From Roseibacillus sp. (GTDB taxonomy: Bacteria; Verrucomicrobiota; Verrucomicrobiia; Verrucomicrobiales; Akkermansiaceae): a DNA stretch of 64,000 bases. The stretch lies in NCBI GenBank assembly GCA_051251855.1, contig JBPOGI010000004.1:396675-460674 (forward strand), given 5' to 3'. Shown in pieces: positions 56,496-64,000 of the stretch. Position 1 is the stretch's first letter. The number at the start of each line of letters is the position of its first letter. The notes beneath the pieces were generated by a model. The model saw nothing but the letters and a program-made list of their open reading frames with translations. It was not told the origin of the DNA and searched no databases. A program made the position numbers and the translations under genes.

Positions 56496-57158
56496 ATGCG
56501 AGCGCTTCCCCTTTTTCTTCTATCGGCCCTCCCGATCGCGGCCTTAGACTACAAGCGGGATATCATGCCCATCTTTGAGAAAAAGTGCTACGACTGCCAC
56601 AGTGCCGATGCCGATAAAATCAAAGGCGGCTTGCGACTCGACGACGAAGAACACTTCTACAAGCGCCTTACTAAAAACGACGTCGTCGTTCCCGGAGATT
56701 GGGACGCCAGCTACCTCTTCGTCACTCTAATTCTTCCGGAACAAGACAAAGGCTCCATGCCACCCAAAAACAAAGGCGAACGACTTACCGAGGAGGAAAT
56801 GATGCTCGTTGCGCAGTGGATTCATGAAGGAGCCCGCATCAATGGCGAGCGCGGTGATAGAGGCCCTAAAGAGTTAGACCCCGAGAAAATCTTAAAGTTT
56901 AAAGACGGCAAGCTCGTCCAAGAACAATTCGGCCCTGCTCCGGCCGTCACCGTCATTGAGCCCGCATGGGAAGGCTGGACCAACGCTGATGGGAAAACGA
57001 TCTCAGCCAAGTTCCGAGGTCTCGACAAAGACAAGGTTAATCTCGAGCTCAAGGGCGGTAAGCGAGTCGCCTACCCTCTCAAACAACTCTCGGAAGAAAG
57101 CCAAGAAAAAGCCCGCCGGTTGGAAGCCATCGCTTCCCCGCAGATGGGCGAGCAATAA
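56496..57158 (+). CDS. Planctomycete-type cytochrome c domain protein with C-terminal SHD1-like domain
   Basis: I.PIF...CYDCH....KGGLRLD...MPP...WI..GA; WTN.DG..I.A.F.....V.L......YPL..LS...Q. Confidence 0.85.
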   Translation: MRALPLFLLSALPIAALDYKRDIMPIFEKKCYDCHSADADKIKGGLRLDDEEHFYKRLTKNDVVVPGDWDASYLFVTLILPEQDKGSMPPKNKGERLTEEEMMLVAQWIHEGARINGERGDRGPKELDPEKILKFKDGKLVQEQFGPAPAVTVIEPAWEGWTNADGKTISAKFRGLDKDKVNLELKGGKRVAYPLKQLSEESQEKARRLEAIASPQMGEQ

Positions 57159-57292
57159 GAAGGAGCCTTAGCCTGCCTTTCTCACGAGTGAAAAATCCGA
57201 GTTAGGATTTCGCCCGAGCCCAGAACACAGGTTCCAAGGAAGAGCACATTTTACAATAGCCGCCGTTTCACTCATCCATCACAACTAGGGGA

Positions 57293-57847
57293 GTGAAAAC
57301 ACTCTTTCTCCTCGCCATCATCATCGGCATTCCCCTTTTAATTCTGATAACCACTTACAACGGGTTCATCTCTCGGCGCAATGCCATGCGCAACGCCTTC
57401 TCTTCCATCGATATCCAACTCCGGCGCCGTTGGGACCTCATCCCCAATCTCGTCAAAACCGTCAAAGCCTACGCCACTCACGAAAAAGAGGTCTTCGAGA
57501 GCATCATCAAAGCGCGCAACACCGCTCAATCTCTACCATCCAACGGCAGTCAGCGTGCCGCTCAAGAAGCGGTCATCTCGCAAGGGGTAGATCGTCTCCT
57601 CGCCGTCGCCGAGGACTACCCCGACCTCAAGTCTTCCGAACACTTCCTCAATCTCCAGCGCAACCTCACCGAAATCGAATCTCAAATCTCCGCCTCCCGC
57701 CGTGCCTACAATGCCGCCGTGCAAGCTTGGAACAATGGCGTCGAAAGCTTCCCCGGAAGCCTCTTCGCAAACCTCTGGGGGTTCGAACCCGCCGATTGGT
57801 TCGAAGTCCAAAATAACGAACGCGGAAGCGTCGACATCGAAATCTAA
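57293..57847 (+). CDS. lemA: LemA family protein
   Basis: YN......NA.S.ID.QL.RR.DLIPNLV..VK.YA.HE, E.YPDLK, E..I..SRR.YN, FP. Confidence 0.95.
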   Translation: MKTLFLLAIIIGIPLLILITTYNGFISRRNAMRNAFSSIDIQLRRRWDLIPNLVKTVKAYATHEKEVFESIIKARNTAQSLPSNGSQRAAQEAVISQGVDRLLAVAEDYPDLKSSEHFLNLQRNLTEIESQISASRRAYNAAVQAWNNGVESFPGSLFANLWGFEPADWFEVQNNERGSVDIEI

Positions 57848-57862
57848 CAATCCACCTAACGC

Positions 57863-58822
57863 ATGCGAACAACCGACGAAATTCTTGAGAACCTCCAGCC
57901 TACTTTGGAGCGCTGCGAGAAGGAGCGGCTCACTCTCCTTGCCAAACGAAAGACAGGCGGCCTCTGGATTGCAGGAATCAGCTTGGGTGGGTTCATTCTC
58001 GCTCTCTCATTCGCCCAGCAAAGCCTCGTCTTCACTATCGCAATCCTCACCCTCACCGTCGTTATTCTTGTGGTCTGCCACTCCATCTTTTTCGGTTCCA
58101 CCAACGCGACCTACCGCCATCTTTTTAAATCCAAAGTCGTTGCCCACGTTGCAGAAAGCATGGCCCCCGGGATCACCTTCCAGCCCAATCACTTCATCTC
58201 AAAAGACTGGTTTCAAAGAAGTGGTCTCTTCCGCAAACCCGACCGCTATAAAGGCGAAGACTACTTCGTCGGAAAAATCGGAAAAACCGAACTCTTCTTC
58301 TCCGAGGTTCACGCCGAGCAGGAACATACCTCCACCGATAGCGACGGTGACACGAGCACTCACTACACCACCATCTTCAAGGGCATCTTTTTGGTTGCCG
58401 ACTTTCACAAAGACTTCCGAACTCAGCTCTCCGTGACTCCAGACAAGCTGGAGAGCTTCGGCTTCCTGGGAAAGAAGCTTCAAAACCTCGGCGGCAAAGT
58501 TCAACGCATGGAGAATGTAGATTTCGAAAGACTCTTCGTCGTGCGCTCAGCTGACCCCATCGAGGCCCGCTACATTCTCACTCCCGCCATGCAGGAACGA
58601 TTCGTCGAGCTCACCCGCACTTGGGGCCCCCAACTGAATGCCTCCTTCCAAGATTCTCTCATCTACCTCGCTCTTCCCATGAAAAACGACTGGTTCGAAG
58701 GACGAATCTCAACCCCAATTGGTGACCCCGATCAATTCCACAATCTCGTTGCGCAACTACACGCCTGCTTCAGCACGGTGGAAGACTTGGATCTCAACAC
58801 CCGAATCTGGACCAAAGAGTAG
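57863..58822 (+). CDS. DUF3137-like membrane protein
   Basis: Two TM helices; Y...FK, D.Y.GED...G, F.SE, TIFKG.F..ADF.K.F, FE..F.V...D.IEARYILTP; downstream of lemA. Confidence 0.85.
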   Translation: MRTTDEILENLQPTLERCEKERLTLLAKRKTGGLWIAGISLGGFILALSFAQQSLVFTIAILTLTVVILVVCHSIFFGSTNATYRHLFKSKVVAHVAESMAPGITFQPNHFISKDWFQRSGLFRKPDRYKGEDYFVGKIGKTELFFSEVHAEQEHTSTDSDGDTSTHYTTIFKGIFLVADFHKDFRTQLSVTPDKLESFGFLGKKLQNLGGKVQRMENVDFERLFVVRSADPIEARYILTPAMQERFVELTRTWGPQLNASFQDSLIYLALPMKNDWFEGRISTPIGDPDQFHNLVAQLHACFSTVEDLDLNTRIWTKE

Positions 58823-58909
58823 CTCCTTTGGCACTCGAACTTCTCGACCTTCTCTGTAAAGTTTGCGGGGGTATTTGTGTTCACTCAGATGCTCCCCTAT
58901 CCTTCTATC

Positions 58910-61900
58910 ATGAACTCCTTTACCCGTGCAGTCACCCTACTCCTAGCCACGCTCCAAGTGGGCAGCACCGCCGATTTCATCAAAGGCTACACCAACTACT
59001 CAGCCAGTCAGCTTCTCGAATCAAACACTCCAGGCGCTGCCGGTGAGCTTCTTTTCGTCGATGAAGCAGAAACGGGAGGTAGCGACCTCACTGCCAACGC
59101 AGGGAATCCGGACTGGGGCTTTTCTATCAGTAGCAGTGACTGGCAAATTGGAGACAGCGTCACCTTCACCGGAATCGCTCTTCCCATTTGGGCGAATGAA
59201 CCCGATAGCGACAACACCTCTAACACTCAAAACGCCACTTGGCGCATCCGCTTCTACAGTGCCGGAGCCGACAACGAATGGGATGGCACCGCCAACGTGT
59301 CCACGACGGATGACTCCTTCATCAGCTCAGTCGATGTCGAATTCACCTCCGCAGACGCAGGAGTGGGAAAATACTATGCCATTTTCGACAGCCCGGTGGA
59401 CTGGACCGCCGACTCCTCTAAAATTTGGTTCCATTGCCAAGCAGTCAGTGGAAAGGCATTGCGCCTCAAAAGCGGCCCCGGGAGCGCATTGGCAAAGCGT
59501 GAATCCCGCGTCAACGGCAACACCTTGAACAACCCAGCGACTCTCCGTATGAGCCTCGCCGGCTCGGTAACTTCCTTTCTTCCTGAGCCTGATCAACTCT
59601 CTTGGACTCCTTCCGGAGGCGGCAACAACGTCAGCCTCTATGCTGAAGACAATTGGCTCGATCTCGAAACGAACGAAGAACCCTCCGCCGGTTCAGTGGA
59701 TCCTAACACCACACTCGACACTACCCTTCTCATCCGCAAAGGCAGCCCCGGTGGAGGCGGTGGCGCAGGAGGCAACCTGCTCCTTGGCACAGGAGAGCTG
59801 GTCGTCAGCCATGCGACCTTGCGCATGAATCTCGGGCAATCGAGTGGCATCGACCTTGGCACCGTCAACCGCGACTTCCTCATCAACGAGGCCCAAGTCA
59901 TCACCCACGATGTCACAAACGCCAAAATCAAACTACAAGGCCACTCCACCCTCACCATCAACAGCGATGTTCCCCTTACCGATAGCAGCATTGATTTTGG
60001 CTCTTCTGATGCCTTCGTTATCTTCCCTAACGTTCTCCCGGGCCAAATCAATGCCACCTTCCAAGCCAAGTTCACCGTTGATGGCGCCCCCGCAGTAGAG
60101 GGTAGTAACCTCCGAATCACTCAATACTACTCCGGTGCAATCGTTCGAGCACTTCCCAGTGATGGCGTTGCTTTACGCGCTTTCGATGGCTCCAACCTCA
60201 CAGGCCAATCTTGGGATTTTTCGCCCGGATTTTACGGAAAAGCGGGACTTGGATTCAGCGATCATAATTCAGGAACCTACACCCTCAACGGCTGGGGTAA
60301 CGACATCTGGAGTAACGCAGACCAGCTCCATTACCTCTATCGCAGTCTCAGCGGTGACGGCGAAATCGTAGCCCGTGTGACAGCACTATCGGACACCCAT
60401 TTCTGGGCCAAAGCCGGCCTCATGATCCGGGAAGACCTTACTGCCGGAGCACGCAATGCCTTCGCTCTCATGCGACCGGATAATCAACCGTTTTATCAAA
60501 ACAGACCCATTGCCGACGCGAACACTTCCGTATCAACCGCCACAGGAGACACCGCCGCTGACAAGTGGTTACGACTCACCCGCGCTGGCAACACATTCTC
60601 CGCGTTCTATTCGAACAGTTCAGCGACCGGACCATGGACCGCACTCGGCTCTCCTGTTAGTGTCGCCATGGCCACCGACGTTCTCGTCGGCCTCGCGCAT
60701 ACGAGCCACGATGGAGGAGAACGCGGAACAGCAGTCTTCCAAGACGTCACCATTCTCCAAGGGACCACCTCTCTCGGTAGCGACGCCATCGGACTCTTCT
60801 CTGCCGTCGAGGACGTGCATTCCGACTGGTCACCCGACGACCTCATCAGCTCTTTCCTTTTGAAAAAGGGCTCCATGGTCACTGTCGCCACGGACTCGGG
60901 AGGCCAAGGCACCAGCCAAGTCTACGCCGCAACCGAGGATGACCTCCTCGTCAACCTTCCCACCGAACTCGACAACCAAATCTCCTTCCTACGCGTGGTG
61001 CCATGGCGCTGGATTTCCAAGAAAGGCTGGGCTGGAACCAACAATACTTTCCCTAACAACATCCGTGCCTACTGGAAATACGAATGGGAGCCTACCGGAG
61101 CATCCACCGACAATTGGGAATTCGTCCCCATGATCAAGGGCCGGGGACAAAATGCCGACTTCCGATGGGAAGAAGTACGGGTCAGAGGCAACCAGACCCA
61201 CTTCCTCGGCTTCAACGAACCCGAGGCAGCCAACCAAGGCGACCTCACCGTTCCCGAAGCCCTCGCTCTCTGGCCAAAAGCCCAACAACTCGGTCTCCGC
61301 CTCGGTAGCCCCGCCCGCACCGATGGAGCGAACGGAGACGACTGGCTCTCAAGCTTCATGAGCCAAGCAGACACCCTCGGCTACCGAGTGGACTATGTCT
61401 GCGTCCACAACTACAACCGCACCAACGCCGCAGGCCTCAAGACTTGGCTCGACGCCGAATACGCCAAATATAATCGCCCTATCTGGCTGACCGAATTCCA
61501 GCGTGACGTAGATAACGACGACCCTGACTCAGCCGACCACCAGGCCTACTTGGAAGAAGTCATTCCCATGCTCGAAACCCTCCCCTACCTCGAGCGCTAC
61601 GCCTACTACAACTTCAACACCGCTAACCCTTCTAACAACTTCGCGTCTCTCTTCAACAACGACGACAGCCCCAACGTCAAAGGAGTCTTCTATCGCGACT
61701 TTGCTTCCCAGCCCAGCTACCGAAACCTCAACCAACCAACCTGGGCCACCGCCACTCTTAGCCCTTCCGGAAACGGTAACCTCCTCAACTCAAGTGACCT
61801 CATCACCGCAACGACCTCCCTCACCTCTGCTCAAATTGCATCCGTGGAATTTTTCGCCAATGGTATTTCACTCGGACAAGTAACAAACCCTCCCTACTCC

Positions 61901-62218
61901 ACTCCTCTTGCCAGCCTCCCCTCGGGCCAATACATGGTGCACTCCGTCGTAACCACCACCTTTGGCGAAACCGTTTCCTCACCAGCCTCCGAAGTTTTTC
62001 TTACTGCAGGCGAACTCGAAATCGTAGCGCTCCTTCCCAACGGTCAACTCACCTGGACCACCTTGCCTGGAGAAAGCTATCGCATCGAATCCAATGACGA
62101 CCTCATCGGACCATGGACTTTCGTAGAACGCCGCACCGCCTCTGGCACCACAGACCAAACCACCCTCCCCAACTGGGGCACTCCTCCTGCTAATTTCTTC
62201 CGCGTTGTTTGGGAGTAA
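58910..62218 (+). CDS. Multidomain secreted glycoside hydrolase (GH128-like) with DUF1349-like lectin, Ig-like and FFRV terminal domains
   Basis: Signal peptide; catalytic LGFNEPE and PIWLTEF, ERYAYY; DIW..AD.....Y..L.GDG.I.ARV...AKAGLMIRE; VEFFANG..LG....PY. Confidence 0.85.
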   Translation: MNSFTRAVTLLLATLQVGSTADFIKGYTNYSASQLLESNTPGAAGELLFVDEAETGGSDLTANAGNPDWGFSISSSDWQIGDSVTFTGIALPIWANEPDSDNTSNTQNATWRIRFYSAGADNEWDGTANVSTTDDSFISSVDVEFTSADAGVGKYYAIFDSPVDWTADSSKIWFHCQAVSGKALRLKSGPGSALAKRESRVNGNTLNNPATLRMSLAGSVTSFLPEPDQLSWTPSGGGNNVSLYAEDNWLDLETNEEPSAGSVDPNTTLDTTLLIRKGSPGGGGGAGGNLLLGTGELVVSHATLRMNLGQSSGIDLGTVNRDFLINEAQVITHDVTNAKIKLQGHSTLTINSDVPLTDSSIDFGSSDAFVIFPNVLPGQINATFQAKFTVDGAPAVEGSNLRITQYYSGAIVRALPSDGVALRAFDGSNLTGQSWDFSPGFYGKAGLGFSDHNSGTYTLNGWGNDIWSNADQLHYLYRSLSGDGEIVARVTALSDTHFWAKAGLMIREDLTAGARNAFALMRPDNQPFYQNRPIADANTSVSTATGDTAADKWLRLTRAGNTFSAFYSNSSATGPWTALGSPVSVAMATDVLVGLAHTSHDGGERGTAVFQDVTILQGTTSLGSDAIGLFSAVEDVHSDWSPDDLISSFLLKKGSMVTVATDSGGQGTSQVYAATEDDLLVNLPTELDNQISFLRVVPWRWISKKGWAGTNNTFPNNIRAYWKYEWEPTGASTDNWEFVPMIKGRGQNADFRWEEVRVRGNQTHFLGFNEPEAANQGDLTVPEALALWPKAQQLGLRLGSPARTDGANGDDWLSSFMSQADTLGYRVDYVCVHNYNRTNAAGLKTWLDAEYAKYNRPIWLTEFQRDVDNDDPDSADHQAYLEEVIPMLETLPYLERYAYYNFNTANPSNNFASLFNNDDSPNVKGVFYRDFASQPSYRNLNQPTWATATLSPSGNGNLLNSSDLITATTSLTSAQIASVEFFANGISLGQVTNPPYSTPLASLPSGQYMVHSVVTTTFGETVSSPASEVFLTAGELEIVALLPNGQLTWTTLPGESYRIESNDDLIGPWTFVERRTASGTTDQTTLPNWGTPPANFFRVVWE

Positions 62219-62491
62219 ATTTCGTAGAAGAGCTCACAGAGGTCTCATTTTATCCCTCAAACGAATCTCCCTTTAGACACACCCCTGACATCGACCGTTT
62301 GACTGCCAAGGGCGCGCTTTTCACCAGACACACCCGAGGAGAGAGCGGTCTGCACCGATTCAAGAACCTGTCTCATCTCTGGTGAAAACACGTGGCAGAA
62401 TGCCACCAGAGCCATTGCTAACTAGAAGGACCATAAGCCAGAGCTGAGTTCTATTCTTTATTCTCTTCCTACACCCTTTAGTCTTGGGGTC

Positions 62492-62998
62492 GTGAAGGAG
62501 GAAGTAGTCTCGCGGATTCTAGAATTCGAAGTCGGTGAGCCGAACGCGAATCTGTCTTTTCTAGCGCGCCTTTGCCGTGAACAGCGCTGGACTCGAGCTT
62601 ATGCGGGACGGGTTTTCCTCGAATACAAGCGCTTCATCATTCTCGGTCTCTATTCCGGCCATCCAGTCACTCCATCAGAGCATGTGGACCACATCTGGCA
62701 TCTCCATCTACTCTACACTCGTAGTTACTGGCACGATTTCTGCCGCGACACTCTGGGCCAAGACTTTCACCATGGCCCAACTCAAGGAGGTGCTGCTGAA
62801 GGAGCCAAATTCACCGATTGGTATGAACGCACCCTAGATTCCTATCAGAATGAATTCGACGAGCCTCCTCCCCCAGACATTTGGCCGAGCCCAACTCGCC
62901 GCTTTCGCCACGGCGGGGATTGGAAATGCTACAATTCCTCGTCCCACTTTCTCATCCCGAAACCAGCCCAACTCATTCAAATCCTCCTAGGTAGATGA
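62492..62998 (+). CDS. Glycine-rich-domain (GRDP/DUF1399-like) protein
   Basis: RL.RE..W.......EYKRF, PS..VD..WH.HLLYTRSYW..FC, HH.P. Confidence 0.8.
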   Translation: MKEEVVSRILEFEVGEPNANLSFLARLCREQRWTRAYAGRVFLEYKRFIILGLYSGHPVTPSEHVDHIWHLHLLYTRSYWHDFCRDTLGQDFHHGPTQGGAAEGAKFTDWYERTLDSYQNEFDEPPPPDIWPSPTRRFRHGGDWKCYNSSSHFLIPKPAQLIQILLGR

Positions 62999-63888
62999 CC
63001 GATCTCATTCTATTTATTCATTGGTCGGGAAAGACTTTTCTTGGCTACTATCTCTGCTACTTCCTCCTTTGCCTCATTCTTCTTCTGCTCCTCAAAGGGC
63101 TACAGAAAAAGAAATGGAGTCGCGGTATCGAGGACTCTACTCCGCTCTCTAACGAGCATCTGGCCATGCTGGCGGGAGGTCCCACGCGTGTGGCCCAACT
63201 CACCCTACTACAATTGCTCGAACAAGAAATAATTGGAGTGAGTAAGAAGGGTTTCGGCTCTGTCCGAGCCAGTCTTCTCGATTCGACTTATCAAGGCACG
63301 AATCCTTGTGAGCAAAAATTGCTCTCACAATTGATCGAAAAAAAGAAGAGAGGCATTTCCTTCTCGAAGCTGATCTCTTCAATAACATCACTCACCAACC
63401 ATACTGAAGAGCAGCTTGCCGTGCGTGGTCTCTCTGCAACGAAGGACGATTTAAAATTCCTAAAACACAAGCTTGGCTTCTTAGTAATTCTCTTTTTCCT
63501 TCCAGGCATCACAAGAGTGATATTAGGGCTGCAACGGAATGAAGACATTTTAGGTGCAGTAGTCTTGACCGTGCTTGGCACCCTCTTTCTTCGCGGATTT
63601 TCCAAGGCAAACCCTCTCACTTCGCGCGGGAAGAAAGCCCTAAAGGAGACCAGAGAGGATTTGCTCAAAAGCACCAACAGAAAACTCTCTGACCATGATT
63701 TCTTGTCCTTCGCCGTCCTAGGCTGGACCGAAATCGCTGACACTGCTTTGGCCAATAAAATTGGAACCGATTCCTGTTCCTACTTTGAATCCCATGCCGC
63801 CACTAAACACGACCCTCCCAGCGGCGGCTGCGGAGGAGACTCTGGGTGTGGTGGTGGGTGTGGTGGCTGCGGAGGATGTGGTGATTGA
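62995..63888 (+). CDS. TIGR04222-like membrane protein with Gly/Cys-rich tail
   Basis: G..FL..Y, LA.LAGG..RV, T..G..AL, and the tail GGCGGDSGCGGGCGGCGGCGD; ATGA overlap. Confidence 0.75.
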   Translation: MTDLILFIHWSGKTFLGYYLCYFLLCLILLLLLKGLQKKKWSRGIEDSTPLSNEHLAMLAGGPTRVAQLTLLQLLEQEIIGVSKKGFGSVRASLLDSTYQGTNPCEQKLLSQLIEKKKRGISFSKLISSITSLTNHTEEQLAVRGLSATKDDLKFLKHKLGFLVILFFLPGITRVILGLQRNEDILGAVVLTVLGTLFLRGFSKANPLTSRGKKALKETREDLLKSTNRKLSDHDFLSFAVLGWTEIADTALANKIGTDSCSYFESHAATKHDPPSGGCGGDSGCGGGCGGCGGCGD

Positions 63889-63929
63889 GCATTCAGAAGA
63901 CTGGACTCAATCGGTCGAGCTTCGCAGGC

Positions 63930-63970
63930 AAAAAAAGAGCCCGACTGAGTCGTTAGACTCAATCGGGCTT
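63930..63970 (-). terminator. rRNA operon terminator
   Basis: Hairpin AGCCCGACTGAGTC-GTTA-GACTCAATCGGGCT with an A-tract on its left (U-tract on the minus strand). Confidence 0.8.
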
Positions 63971-63973
63971 ATA

Positions 63974-64000
63974 ACTGGCGACGACCTACTCTCACAGGAC
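63974..64000 (-). rRNA. rrf: 5S rRNA, 3' end (partial; runs off the window)
   Basis: Minus strand GTCCTGTGAGAGTAGGTCGTCGCCAG is the conserved 5S 3' end. Confidence 0.9.

Noticed and set aside
62221..62490. Glycine riboswitch or 6S RNA
   Set aside because: GGAGAG is present, but the other conserved aptamer elements and a 6S-like central bubble could not be identified. It is kept only as an unassigned structure.

Overview
This is a bacterial chromosomal segment, most likely from a member of Verrucomicrobiota (Verrucomicrobiaceae/Roseibacillus-like). That placement is inferred from the LpxC-FabZ fusion, a planctomycete-type cytochrome c, a sulfatase, choice-of-anchor-type exoproteins and TGTTC-N4-type SOS boxes. 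Housekeeping genes include uvrB, yggS, prc, a Nif3 family gene, lpxC-fabZ, a type I phosphomannose isomerase, trpS, recA, fumC, dapA, rpsA, lemA, tRNA-Gly(TCC), tRNA-Arg(ACG) and the 3' end of a 5S rRNA at the right edge. A ~21 kb surface-polysaccharide region has two separate beta-barrel/short-OPX/Wzc export modules, plus a flippase, methyltransferase, PIG-L deacetylase and three glycosyltransferases. Several large secreted proteins and REP-like palindromes are also present. No integrase, transposase, CRISPR array or prophage was seen. The most interesting observations are: (i) two unlinked proteins built from a miniaturised secretin-like core, one single and one an (N3+core)x2 tandem; (ii) a shared ~70-aa terminal domain ending in FFR[LV] on three unrelated exoproteins, a candidate sorting signal; (iii) a seven-blade propeller made of seven units spaced exactly 141 bp apart, appended after that domain; (iv) a Wzc paralog without a tyrosine cluster; (v) tandem SOS-like boxes at recA. 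All calls come from reading motifs by eye; no database searches were run.
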